From a virus (Duplodnaviria > Caudoviricetes), in the IMG/VR virus record IMGVR_UViG_3300031786_000036, positions 1 through 26,902 of that record: a stretch of DNA of 26,902 bases; one strand, written 5' to 3'. Numbering within the stretch: position 1 is the stretch's first letter; every line of letters starts with the position of its first letter. The position numbers and the translations under genes were made by a program. Under the pieces are notes generated by a model. The model was not told the origin of the DNA, did no database searches, and was given only the letters and a program-made list of their open reading frames with translations. Positions 8,750 to 18,582 of the stretch are shown here, piece after piece.

Positions 8750-9921
8750 TGTTATACACATATAATGAAATTAAGGCAGTACACTTAGAAATTACAGATA
8801 ACTGTAATGCAGCCTGTCCTATGTGCGCTCGTAACATTAATGGCGGTCAAGAAAATCCACAACTTCCGGGTACTGAACTATTCATAGAAGATATTAAACG
8901 TATATTTGAACCTAACTTTATAGCACAGTTAGATCGTATGTACATGTGTGGAAACTATGGTGATCCAATTGTTGCAAGAGATACATTAGAAGCCTTTGCT
9001 TATTTTAGAGAACATAATCCTAAAATGAATCTCAGCATGATGACAAACGGGTCGGCTAAGAAGCCTGAGTGGTGGAAAACACTTGCACAAGTATTAGGCC
9101 CTAAAGGATACGTTACTTTTAGTATAGACGGATTAGAAGATACTAATCATCTATATAGACAAAATACCGTTTGGTCTAAAATTATGGAAAATGCATCTGC
9201 ATTTATTGCAGCCGGCGGCAGAGCACGTTGGGATTATATTGTATTTGCACATAACGAACACCAAGTAGATGCTGCAGAAGCATTGTCAAAATCTATGGGG
9301 TTTGAACGATTTCAATTTAAAAAGTCTGCTAGATTTTTTAGTAATGCCAGCGGTGTTACTAAAGAAATGCATCAAGCTGCTAATCGTAAAGGAATCGCAA
9401 CTACATTATTACAAGCACCTGCTAATCCTAAATATCGAAATGCTGCTTTAGAAGAACTCAGTAAGATTGCCAAATCAGAAGCCCCTATTAAATTTTTACC
9501 AAGTAAGCAAGAAGATTTAGCAGGGTATATTTTTCCACAAGTCTTCCATAAAGACACTGAAAAGAAAAAACCAATGGAAAAATATTGGGATGAAGTTCCA
9601 ATCAAATGTAAAGTAGCAGAAGAAAAAAGTCTTTATATTTCAGCAGAAGGTATTGTGCAACCTTGTTGTTGGACAGCTGGACAAATGTATGTTTGGTACT
9701 GGACTCCTAAAGGTGGACAAATATGGAACTTGATAGAACAAGTTGGCAAGGACAACCTCAATGCTACTAAATTAAATTTAGAAAGTATTGTAAATGGTAA
9801 ATTTATGCAAGACCTTATTCCTAATAGTTGGAAAAAATCTAGTTGCGCAGATGGCAAACTTGCTGTATGTGCAAAAACTTGCGGCACAAAATATGACGCA
9901 TTTGAGGAACAATTTAAATAA
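8749..9921 (+). CDS. Radical SAM enzyme with C-terminal SPASM/twitch-like Cys domain
   Basis: CNAACPMC (CxxxCxxC), CGNYGDP in place of GGEP, TNGS, FSIDG; C-terminal C...YISAEGIVQPCC...C......C...C. Confidence 0.9.
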   Translation: MLYTYNEIKAVHLEITDNCNAACPMCARNINGGQENPQLPGTELFIEDIKRIFEPNFIAQLDRMYMCGNYGDPIVARDTLEAFAYFREHNPKMNLSMMTNGSAKKPEWWKTLAQVLGPKGYVTFSIDGLEDTNHLYRQNTVWSKIMENASAFIAAGGRARWDYIVFAHNEHQVDAAEALSKSMGFERFQFKKSARFFSNASGVTKEMHQAANRKGIATTLLQAPANPKYRNAALEELSKIAKSEAPIKFLPSKQEDLAGYIFPQVFHKDTEKKKPMEKYWDEVPIKCKVAEEKSLYISAEGIVQPCCWTAGQMYVWYWTPKGGQIWNLIEQVGKDNLNATKLNLESIVNGKFMQDLIPNSWKKSSCADGKLAVCAKTCGTKYDAFEEQFK

Positions 9922-11321
9922 TGAATAATTACCCTTCTAAAACATGGTGTATCCTTCCTTGGGTACATCTTAGCACACGCCCTGACGGTAGTATGCGAGT
10001 ATGTTGCACGGCTAATGCTAGCGGTGTCGCCGCCACTAACGAAGAAAAAGTAGGCGGATCACAAGTTGGAGTACTTAAAAACGATGAAGGTTTACCTAGT
10101 AATCTCAACAACACAGACTTTCAAACAGCCTGGAATAGCAACTACATGAAGAATGTTCGTAAGCAGATGCTTGCAGGAGAACAACCGCCTAGCTGCACTA
10201 AATGCTACAAAGAAGAAGCAGCGGGACATAACAGTAAAAGAATGTGGGAAACTGAGTATTGGAGACAGCGTGTTGATGTAGACAAGTTGATTAATGAAAC
10301 TAACGAAGACGGCAGTGTTCCTCCACAATTAGCCTACATTGATTTGCGTTTTGGGACTAAGTGCCAACTAGCCTGCATCATGTGCAGTCCCCATGACAGC
10401 AGTGGCTGGATCAAAGATTGGCAGAAAGTATTTCCTACATTAGAAAATGAGGGAGTCAAAAAAATATGGCAATGGGATAATAAAGGCAGCATCAACGGCA
10501 GCAGTTATAATTGGCACAAACAAAATCCTGTGTTCTGGCAGCAGTTCTATGAACAAATTCCCCACATGCAACAGGTCTACTTTGCCGGAGGAGAACCGCT
10601 GATCATTGACGAACATTACGAAATTCTTGAAGAAATTATTCGTCAAGGTCGTGCTAAAGATATTGAGATACGTTACAACAGCAATGGAGTTGAATGGCGT
10701 GAAGACCTATTTGAGTTATGGAGTCATTTTAAGATTGTGCGCTTTCATTATAGTGTGGACAGTATAGGGTCAATGAATGAGTACATACGTTATCCTAGCA
10801 AGTGGGAAAGAACTACAGAAGTGTTTAAAATTTTAGATGAGCAAACACCTGACAATGTAGAAGTTACTATAGCTTGTGCAGTTAATGCATTAAATATCTA
10901 TTATATTCCAGATTTTTTACGTTGGAAATTACAACAGAATTTTAAGAAAATTAATATGTGGCCATTAGGCGCAGGTGGTATTAACTATCATTTTGTATAC
11001 TGGCCTGCATTTTTAAATGTAAAAGTACTGCCACAGTGGTTTAAAGATACGTGTGAAAAGAAATATGAAGAATTTATACCATGGTTTGAAGAAAACTGGG
11101 AACTATGTTTATCTGAAAAAAGCAAGGGTAAGGTTTCTAAAGAACAGTGGTTGAATAATCAATATGGTGTAAAAAGATTAAGAGGCATGATCAGTTTCAT
11201 GAAGTCAGAAGATTGGAGTGGAAGATTGCTAGAAATGAAAGATTATTTAGAAAAAATTGATGCACAAAGAGACATAAGTTTTTATACTACTTTTTCCGAA
11301 ATGTCTGACATCTTTAAATAA
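9921..11321 (+). CDS. Radical SAM enzyme with N-terminal twitch/SPASM-like domain
   Basis: N-terminal CILPW...DGSMRVCC...CTKC; core CQLACIMC, FAGGEP, YNSNG, SVDS, YIRYP. Confidence 0.9.
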   Translation: MNNYPSKTWCILPWVHLSTRPDGSMRVCCTANASGVAATNEEKVGGSQVGVLKNDEGLPSNLNNTDFQTAWNSNYMKNVRKQMLAGEQPPSCTKCYKEEAAGHNSKRMWETEYWRQRVDVDKLINETNEDGSVPPQLAYIDLRFGTKCQLACIMCSPHDSSGWIKDWQKVFPTLENEGVKKIWQWDNKGSINGSSYNWHKQNPVFWQQFYEQIPHMQQVYFAGGEPLIIDEHYEILEEIIRQGRAKDIEIRYNSNGVEWREDLFELWSHFKIVRFHYSVDSIGSMNEYIRYPSKWERTTEVFKILDEQTPDNVEVTIACAVNALNIYYIPDFLRWKLQQNFKKINMWPLGAGGINYHFVYWPAFLNVKVLPQWFKDTCEKKYEEFIPWFEENWELCLSEKSKGKVSKEQWLNNQYGVKRLRGMISFMKSEDWSGRLLEMKDYLEKIDAQRDISFYTTFSEMSDIFK

Positions 11322-11336
11322 ATTAGGAGAATTAAA

Positions 11337-12254
11337 ATGTATATTTCAATACACGGTGACCAAAAGAACATACAACCTGTTCGTCAAGAAATCGAAAAAA
11401 TTAAAAGTGCGTGGGCAGATAATACACAACAGTATGAATCTTACATGCCGGACCTAACTAGTGATGATGCAATGGATTCTATGCGTAGACATTTTGAACC
11501 TGCTGTTTGTCACGATATTATGTTTGATGCAGACGAATTATCTTGGATGTACGCATTTGCATTTGCTGGATGCCATAATGTAAGGCATAATGCAAACGGC
11601 ACTATTTTTGCCAGCGGTAATTTAGATATTGTTGCTACTAAATTTTTAGATAAGTTAGAACAAATTGTCCCGGGTTGTAGTAAAAGCCCAGCAGTTGGCG
11701 GGAATTTTTTAATTACACCTAGCCAATATGGGTTACATAATGATAGTACCCGCAGAACTGATTGGGAAAATAGTTTAAGAAAAATTCCTGAGAATCATGA
11801 ACAACGAAAATTTACGCCATGGAGAAATGTTCTTATTCCTATGTGGATAGGTAACAGCCCAGATACAGTAAGTCACGGTGTATTTTTTCATCAGAGACAT
11901 TGTGATTTTGCACATGTTTATAATCATGCTAGTAGTGCGCCTCCTCCTGCAACTACATATCCTATTTGCAGTGATCATACGACAGTTGATTTTTACAACA
12001 ATGATGGTAGTTTAATCCCGAGAGAATTAAACTCAGTACAGTATGATGAAGCACACTATAAGCAATATCTTAGTTATACTCCTAGAGCTAGACTAACAGG
12101 ATTAACACCAGAATTAACAGGTGAATGGCGCCCCGGTGCTCCCTATGTGTTTGATGCAGTTCAGCTACATGCAACTAATAAAGGTACTAATCCCGGACAG
12201 CAATGGGCTGTAAAAATGGGTCTGCTATTAACATTTTTAAAAGAGATAGAATGA
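11337..12254 (+). CDS. Putative Fe(II)/2-oxoglutarate-dependent oxygenase (DSBH fold)
   Basis: 305 aa with an AGGAG RBS. H134-x-D136 (YGLHND), distal W..G..YVFDAVQLH278, and K293 on the last strand. Confidence 0.55.
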   Translation: MYISIHGDQKNIQPVRQEIEKIKSAWADNTQQYESYMPDLTSDDAMDSMRRHFEPAVCHDIMFDADELSWMYAFAFAGCHNVRHNANGTIFASGNLDIVATKFLDKLEQIVPGCSKSPAVGGNFLITPSQYGLHNDSTRRTDWENSLRKIPENHEQRKFTPWRNVLIPMWIGNSPDTVSHGVFFHQRHCDFAHVYNHASSAPPPATTYPICSDHTTVDFYNNDGSLIPRELNSVQYDEAHYKQYLSYTPRARLTGLTPELTGEWRPGAPYVFDAVQLHATNKGTNPGQQWAVKMGLLLTFLKEIE

Positions 12255-13444
12255 AATCAAATACATTTTGTACAGTTCCTTGGAATAGCCTTGCTACTAA
12301 TGCATCTGGGGTATATAGAGTTTGTTGTAACAGTACTCCGGGAAAAAATGTTATTAAAGATACTCAAGGCAACTCTTTAAAAATTTTTAAAAACAAACCT
12401 AGTGAAGTTTGGAATAGTCCAACATATCAACAGATAAGACAAGAAATGCTTTCTGGTACTAGACCAGAAATGTGTGTTCGGTGTTTTAAAGAAGAAGACA
12501 CTGGAGTTGAGTCTGCTAGATTAAACTACAATAAAAGATGGTACGACGAATCTAAAGAGTATGCAGTAGATGCAGTTCTCGATATTGAATATATAGATTT
12601 AAGATTAGGTAATTTATGCAATTTAAAATGCAGAATGTGTAATCCTTATGCAAGTAATCAATGGATAGAAGAATGGAATTCTGTAGTTGTAAAAGCAGAG
12701 CTAGTACCGAATACAAAAATAAACATTGAAGAAGAAAATAGACTTAAAAAATTAACGTGGCCAACGGACACTAAAACTTGGGATAGTGTTTCAGAAATTG
12801 CAAATACAATTGAAGAAATCTATCTTACAGGCGGTGAGCCTACACTTGCAATAGAACAATATAAGTTATTTGACATCTTAATTGACAAAGGTTTTGCAAA
12901 AAATATTAAATTAAAATATAATACCAATCTTACAAATATTCCAAAAAAGATGATAGAATATTGGTCTAGTTTTAAACAAGTTCAATTAAATGCATCTATA
13001 GATGCGCACGGAGAGTTAAACAAATATATTCGATATCCGACAGCATGGTCTATGGTTGAAAAGAATATAGATCAATTTTTAAACATGCCGAATGTTGTTG
13101 TGCAAATACATTGTACTATACAGACTTACAATATTTTGCATTTAGATAAACTATTTGAATGGATAGATACTACGTGTAAATTAAAACCCTACTTAAATAT
13201 ATTGAATCACCCACGCTCACTAAATATACAAGTACTACCAACAGCACTAAAAGAATTAGCTAAACAACGATTGGAACCTTTTTTAGATTGGCCAAAAGTT
13301 AAAGACATGATTAATTACATGTTTGCAGAAGATAATACAAAATACCTACAAGAGTTTTTTGATTATACAGCTGAACTTGATAGGCTTAGAGAACAAGACT
13401 TTTTTGTGTACGTACCTGAGTTAAGACCATATAAAGGAAATTAA
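12251..13444 (+). CDS. Radical SAM enzyme with N-terminal twitch/SPASM-like domain, paralog of 9921..11321
   Basis: Start reassigned to ATG 12251 (ATGA overlap; MKSNTFCTVPW aligns with the paralog). Motifs CTVPW..GVYRVCC..CVRC, CNLKCRMC, LTGGEP, YNTN, ASIDA, YIRYP. Confidence 0.9.
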   Translation: MKSNTFCTVPWNSLATNASGVYRVCCNSTPGKNVIKDTQGNSLKIFKNKPSEVWNSPTYQQIRQEMLSGTRPEMCVRCFKEEDTGVESARLNYNKRWYDESKEYAVDAVLDIEYIDLRLGNLCNLKCRMCNPYASNQWIEEWNSVVVKAELVPNTKINIEEENRLKKLTWPTDTKTWDSVSEIANTIEEIYLTGGEPTLAIEQYKLFDILIDKGFAKNIKLKYNTNLTNIPKKMIEYWSSFKQVQLNASIDAHGELNKYIRYPTAWSMVEKNIDQFLNMPNVVVQIHCTIQTYNILHLDKLFEWIDTTCKLKPYLNILNHPRSLNIQVLPTALKELAKQRLEPFLDWPKVKDMINYMFAEDNTKYLQEFFDYTAELDRLREQDFFVYVPELRPYKGN

Positions 13445-13446
13445 AA

Positions 13447-14559
13447 ATGGAATGGCAACAAATTTTAGAAAGCAGATCAACTACATATGCCTGGGAAGAC
13501 ACTGTACCATCAAAGCAGTTAATTGATGAAATAATTCAAGAACTGCATGATCATTGTCCTAGTAAGCAGCGTAAAGTTCCTTATTACATTGATGTGATTG
13601 ACAATACTGATCCTAATGTAAGACCTAATGCCCATGACATTTTATTAAAAAATAAATCTTTTGCAGTTGAACAAGTAGTTGCATTTGTATCTCAACATGC
13701 CCGAACTGCTGAAGGATTGTATTCTGGATATCAGTATGATTCGGCAAAATGTACTAGAGATGTTGGATATGTAATTGATGGTTATCTTAATGATTTAAGA
13801 TATGACACTAACGAACAAACTTTAAAAATAGGTAATAGATACTGGAAGAACGGTGTTTCTAGAGTTAGACAGTTTGCAGAAATTGATGCTCATAATTATC
13901 TAAAAGATTTAATAGCTAATTATATACTTCCACAAATCGCCGCCCCCACTAATCAAAGTGTTGCATTACAAATAATTGATAATACTAACTCTTCAGAAGA
14001 AGGTTCAGTAGATCATTTTAATTTGTGTGCAACTGAATTTATTAATATTGTACAAACAGGTCCGTCAACTGCTACTCCTCTTACAGGAGTTCCTAGATTA
14101 AGATTTAAAATTTTTGAAACAGCTGATCGCAAGGCTAAAGGAAAAATGGACGATATTAGGAATCCTCAATTGTTAGCACCGTGGATACTTGCATTCTCTT
14201 TTAGATTTTTAGATGACGACGGCATCAATCTTAATCACGAAATGAAAAATGCAACTTATAACAAACAAGTAATGCAAAATGAAATTGGTATTGCAAGTAT
14301 GTTTGCTATGCTCAGTGCTCATGCTAAGGGATTAGATACTGGATTTTGTGCTTGTATTCAAGACCATCCAGGTATTTCTAAAATGTTAGGCCATGACATT
14401 GAAAATGAAGTAATAGTTTTTATGGGAATCGGGCATAAAAAACAAGGAGCAACACAGTATTATAGTCCGTTAATACACAAAATGGTAGGCATCCCTAACA
14501 AAGATGTTGACAACAAACCAGAACTTTCTACATATGTAAGGTACCACTTAGGACTATGA
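13447..14559 (+). CDS. Nitroreductase-family flavoprotein with an inserted helical KCxRD domain
   Basis: N-terminal ILESRSTTYAW...PS...CPSKQ..PY and C-terminal APWILAF...EIGIASMFAMLSAHAKGLDTGFCAC...MGIG match the two halves of the nitroreductase fold. About aa 58-215 is an unrelated insert. Confidence 0.7.
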   Translation: MEWQQILESRSTTYAWEDTVPSKQLIDEIIQELHDHCPSKQRKVPYYIDVIDNTDPNVRPNAHDILLKNKSFAVEQVVAFVSQHARTAEGLYSGYQYDSAKCTRDVGYVIDGYLNDLRYDTNEQTLKIGNRYWKNGVSRVRQFAEIDAHNYLKDLIANYILPQIAAPTNQSVALQIIDNTNSSEEGSVDHFNLCATEFINIVQTGPSTATPLTGVPRLRFKIFETADRKAKGKMDDIRNPQLLAPWILAFSFRFLDDDGINLNHEMKNATYNKQVMQNEIGIASMFAMLSAHAKGLDTGFCACIQDHPGISKMLGHDIENEVIVFMGIGHKKQGATQYYSPLIHKMVGIPNKDVDNKPELSTYVRYHLGL

Positions 14560-15839
14560 CAAAACATCTTGCTTGCAGTAAAATGTGGACTGACATCAAT
14601 GTTAATGTCCCAACAAAAGAAATAAAAAATTGTTGTAAAAGAGAACCGCAAATGCTTTCTCCTGATGAGATTACATCTTATGGCAGAAACGTATTTGTGA
14701 AAAATAGAGAATTGTTGGAAGATAAAAAATACTTTATAGAAAACAATGATTTTCCTAAAACTTGCAGCCATTGTAAACACTCCCACCCGGCTAGTATTTG
14801 GCAAAACTGGAACGAATGGAAATATAGAGAATGGTCACCGGTTGCACTTGATAGTTTAATGGATTCTGACTTTACAAGAAACGTTGAAATAATGTTAAGT
14901 ACAACTTGCAATCAAACATGCATGTATTGTACAGAACAAGTAAGTAGTGAATGGGCTAAACTTAAAGGTACAATTCCTATAGTAGATACTGCGTGGAAAG
15001 ATGCTACTTTACAAGCGTTATATGAGTATATAGAATGTAAATTAACATTTGATTTTACTCCGTTAACTTATAATTTTTTAGGCGGCGAGCCTTTTCTAGA
15101 ATTAGAAACTTTTGATATTATGGAAAAGATTATTTCTATCCATGATAAAACATGGGGAAAACATAGTTCTCGATATATTTCTTTTAAGTTTACATCTAAT
15201 TTAAATGTTAAGAAGCGAACAATTGAAAAATTTCTTGAATATGTTAAAGCACATCCTAGATATAAATTTTCTGTAGCATTCAGTTTAGATGCATTGGGTA
15301 CTATAGGTGAAGAAATAAGAGATGGATTAGATTTTTCAAGATTTGAAGAAAACTTACGACTTTTAATGACAGAACCTAGACTACATAGACTTGATCTATT
15401 GCCTACATTAAGCTGTTTAAATGTACAACATTACCATGAAGTTTTGCAATGGTTTATCGACCTAGCAAAAGAATATAAGCCAGTTTCGGAGTATGGTAAT
15501 ACTTGGCAAATTGGTACTAATTTAGTTACCTGGCCTTTTGAATTAATGCCAGCATTGTTGCCCACTCATTATTCTACTTACTTAGATAAAGCAGCAGAAG
15601 TAATGCGCCAACTTCCTAATTCTAGTTATAGAGAACAGCAGATAAATTATTTAAACAGAATTAAAGTGCATGTAATAGGCAAGCAGAGAAATAAAATTAA
15701 AATAGATGATGCTATTAGATGGTTTGAAGAACAAGGCCGCCTAAAAAATAAAAATTACTGGGAAATATTTCCTGATCTTAAAAACATTTTAAATTATGAA
15801 AATCTTAATGACCGGGAACCCACAGACGGGAATAGCTAA
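14556..15839 (+). CDS. Radical SAM enzyme with N-terminal Cys-rich domain
   Basis: CSKMW...NCC...CSHC, then CNQTCMYC, FLGGEP, FTSN, FSLDA, EEIRDG. Confidence 0.88.
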   Translation: MTKHLACSKMWTDINVNVPTKEIKNCCKREPQMLSPDEITSYGRNVFVKNRELLEDKKYFIENNDFPKTCSHCKHSHPASIWQNWNEWKYREWSPVALDSLMDSDFTRNVEIMLSTTCNQTCMYCTEQVSSEWAKLKGTIPIVDTAWKDATLQALYEYIECKLTFDFTPLTYNFLGGEPFLELETFDIMEKIISIHDKTWGKHSSRYISFKFTSNLNVKKRTIEKFLEYVKAHPRYKFSVAFSLDALGTIGEEIRDGLDFSRFEENLRLLMTEPRLHRLDLLPTLSCLNVQHYHEVLQWFIDLAKEYKPVSEYGNTWQIGTNLVTWPFELMPALLPTHYSTYLDKAAEVMRQLPNSSYREQQINYLNRIKVHVIGKQRNKIKIDDAIRWFEEQGRLKNKNYWEIFPDLKNILNYENLNDREPTDGNS

Positions 15840-16350
15840 AGAAATACATGCTCTATATCCAGATGCAACATTTGTTAGTAGAATTAATGGATATGATTTA
15901 ACGTCACAAGAAGGCCAGCAACGATTATCTAAGCTAGTCCTTGATTATGATGTAATTATAAACAATTCTGCATTATGGAAATTTAATCAAACGGTCTTAC
16001 TTGATCAAATTTATAAATCTTGTATTGACAATAAACATTACCCTCATATTATTTGCGTAGGATCAACAACCGATCGTGTAAAAAAAGGCGGTGCTTGGTT
16101 GTACAATGCAGAAAAAAAAGCTCTTAGAGATTATTGCAACACACTAGGAATAAATGGTGTTTGGGGGACTGCTCCTAAAATAACATTAATAAGTTTTGGA
16201 AGTTTATCTAATGTACAACATAAGCACCCTGACAGAACCTGCATGCCTATTAGTAAAACAGCTGAATATATTAAATGGCTAATTGATCAACCTAAAGATA
16301 TTTGTATTAACGAAATAAGTATTGATATAAAACAGGAATTGACTAAATGA
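15796..16350 (+). CDS. Short-chain dehydrogenase/reductase (SDR), compact form
   Basis: 184 aa. KILMTGNPQTGIA (Rossmann TGxxxGI-like), DVIINNSA, catalytic S (VGS) and YNAEK (YxxxK). Confidence 0.75.
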   Translation: MKILMTGNPQTGIAKEIHALYPDATFVSRINGYDLTSQEGQQRLSKLVLDYDVIINNSALWKFNQTVLLDQIYKSCIDNKHYPHIICVGSTTDRVKKGGAWLYNAEKKALRDYCNTLGINGVWGTAPKITLISFGSLSNVQHKHPDRTCMPISKTAEYIKWLIDQPKDICINEISIDIKQELTK

Positions 16351-17102
16351 AAATAGGAATCTATGGAGATAGTTTTGGTGATGATAACTCACAATGGCCA
16401 CATAGATTTAATGATGTAGGCCCAGGCTGGACACAATTGCTAGGAATGACTGGACATAATAGTGTTTCAAATTATGCTGAAGGTGGTGCTTCACTATTTT
16501 ACAGCTTTAATCAATTTAAGGATACTCATGCCGAACACGACAGAATTATCTTTATGATTACAAGCCCTGGTAGACTAACAATAGAAATTGAAGATTTTTC
16601 TAATCTAGCACGTAGTCAAAAACACCATCCTAACTACGATCAAGTAGTAAGATGGAAAAAAGAATTACTTCGATTAAATCCGCATTCTCATGGAATTACT
16701 CAATTAACTGCTATTGAAAATTATTTTCTATTAGTAAAAAACGATGAGTATGATCAAGACTCTCATTGGTTAATGGTAGATGCTATAAAAAAAATTAGAC
16801 CCGATACTGTTATTATACCTTGTTTCCACAATAGTATACCTAATTTAACACATAAAGCAATGTGTGAAATAGGTCACATGGAACTAGAATATCTATGTAA
16901 TAATACATATTTAAAACTATATCATAAAATACATTCTACAAGAGTTGATGCTAGAAAATGTCATATGAGTGAAGAAAACAATTTTATATTCTATCGCAAA
17001 ATGTTAAAATTTTTATCTGGAGAACCAGTACATTTAGACATTAATGATTTTGTTAAGCCACCTATGAAATTAGATCACTACTGGAGACCAAAAACACTAT
17101 GA
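16347..17102 (+). CDS. GDS(L)/SGNH hydrolase-like protein, paralog 1
   Basis: IGIYGDSF, NYAEGGAS, C-terminal DARKCHMSEENN. Confidence 0.65.
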   Translation: MKIGIYGDSFGDDNSQWPHRFNDVGPGWTQLLGMTGHNSVSNYAEGGASLFYSFNQFKDTHAEHDRIIFMITSPGRLTIEIEDFSNLARSQKHHPNYDQVVRWKKELLRLNPHSHGITQLTAIENYFLLVKNDEYDQDSHWLMVDAIKKIRPDTVIIPCFHNSIPNLTHKAMCEIGHMELEYLCNNTYLKLYHKIHSTRVDARKCHMSEENNFIFYRKMLKFLSGEPVHLDINDFVKPPMKLDHYWRPKTL

Positions 17103-17860
17103 CCACTCTTGCTATTTTTGGAGATAGTTTTGCCCATGATACTAGTCCCCAATGGGATATTGAATGGGCAGATATAGGGCATTCGTGGATAGATCATATA
17201 CGAAATACTACTAACTATCAAATAACAAATTTTGCTAGTTCTGCTACAAGCACATATTGGTCAAAAAAACTATTTGACCAACATTATAAAAATTTTGATA
17301 AGATAATTTTTGTAGTAACTTTTCCTTGTCGCAGAATCACTTTTGATAAATTACCAGACGGATGTAATGAAATTAATAAGACATTTTATAACTTGTCTTC
17401 AGTTTTTTCTATTATAGAAGATAAGAAAAAATTTAATAATTATAATTTAATAGAAAAAAACTTTTTAATGGCAGTTAGGGACTACTACCTATACATACAG
17501 AATGATCAATTTGATCATACTATACATTCATTAATCTTAGATGACATTAAAGAAAAAAGACCAGATAGTGTGTTAATTCCTGCATTTCCTAGTTCTATTC
17601 CTAGTCTAGATACGGCAGGGTCTTCGACATTATTAGATATCTCACAAAAAGACACATTATATTTTGGATTAGGAGAAAATATGCCAAACTCTCCTGAATT
17701 ACACGATGCTAGAAAATGCCATATGAATGAAGAGAATCACAAAATACTAGCAGATCAAATATTAAAATTTTTGCAAGGTGACTCAGTTTACTTAAATAAA
17801 AATGATTTTGTAAATCCAGTTAGAGATCGCACTCATTATTTTAGAAAAAGACTTTGGTAA
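17099..17860 (+). CDS. GDS(L)/SGNH hydrolase-like protein, paralog 2
   Basis: LAIFGDSF, NFASSATS, DARKCHMNEENH. Confidence 0.65.
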   Translation: MTTLAIFGDSFAHDTSPQWDIEWADIGHSWIDHIRNTTNYQITNFASSATSTYWSKKLFDQHYKNFDKIIFVVTFPCRRITFDKLPDGCNEINKTFYNLSSVFSIIEDKKKFNNYNLIEKNFLMAVRDYYLYIQNDQFDHTIHSLILDDIKEKRPDSVLIPAFPSSIPSLDTAGSSTLLDISQKDTLYFGLGENMPNSPELHDARKCHMNEENHKILADQILKFLQGDSVYLNKNDFVNPVRDRTHYFRKRLW

Positions 17861-17888
17861 TATTATTTTAGAAAATTTTAATTATGAA
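17861..17888 (+). repeat. 28-bp imperfect direct repeat, copy 1 (left of SGNH paralog 3)
   Basis: TATTATTTTAGAAAATTTTAATTATGAA; 26/28 identical to 18562-18589. Confidence 0.8.
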
Positions 17889-18582
17889 AATAGCAATATT
17901 TGGTGATAGCTTTGGAGACGATCATATAAACTGGAAAGATAAAAATAGATGGTTAGATGTTGGGCCTAGCTGGATTGATTACTTACGACAATTTCACAAT
18001 GTGGATAACTTTTGTGGAGGCGGAGCTAGTTTATATTTTTCTAAAAGAATATTTGATAAAACAGATCTGTCTAAGTATGATAAAGTAATTTTTTTAATAA
18101 CTAATTCTTGCAGAAGATTTGCTCATATGCCAGGCGATCATGAAGAATTTGGTAGTAATTGGAATCCTTCGAATACTCAATATATGTTAGAAAAACAAAA
18201 ACATTCTCCGGAAAAATTAGCACATTTAACTGCAATGGATATGTTTTTTAAGTATACTTATAACGAATCTGATGAACATTTTCATCAACTAATGATAGAT
18301 GATATTAAACGTAAATGTCCTATTGGATTTATAATTGAGGTAGCCTATGGCTCTGTAATAGGCGGTGTTAGTGAATTAGAACTTGAATATTTTAACAAAC
18401 AACAATTTCATGAAATAGAGGGATTCCAAGATGCTAGAAAATGCCATATGAGCGAAGAAAACAATTTAATTTTAGGAAAACATATGCATCATTGTATTAT
18501 AAATGACATATATCCCACACTTGATAAAAGTATGTTTATTAATCCCACTCAACCATTTGAGTATTATTTTAGAAAAAGTTAA
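17884..18582 (+). CDS. GDS(L)/SGNH hydrolase-like protein, paralog 3
   Basis: IAIFGDSF, NFCGGGAS, DARKCHMSEENN. Confidence 0.65.
   Translation: MKIAIFGDSFGDDHINWKDKNRWLDVGPSWIDYLRQFHNVDNFCGGGASLYFSKRIFDKTDLSKYDKVIFLITNSCRRFAHMPGDHEEFGSNWNPSNTQYMLEKQKHSPEKLAHLTAMDMFFKYTYNESDEHFHQLMIDDIKRKCPIGFIIEVAYGSVIGGVSELELEYFNKQQFHEIEGFQDARKCHMSEENNLILGKHMHHCIINDIYPTLDKSMFINPTQPFEYYFRKS

Noticed and set aside
12203-12250. Upstream ATG for the radical SAM gene in the ORF track
   Set aside because: It would overlap the previous gene by 52 nt. ATG 12251 gives an ATGA coupling and aligns with the paralog N-terminus.
13618-14092. Intein as the explanation of the nitroreductase insert
   Set aside because: There is no N-terminal C/S block, no terminal HN followed by C/S/T and no LAGLIDADG motif, and the insert looks helical.
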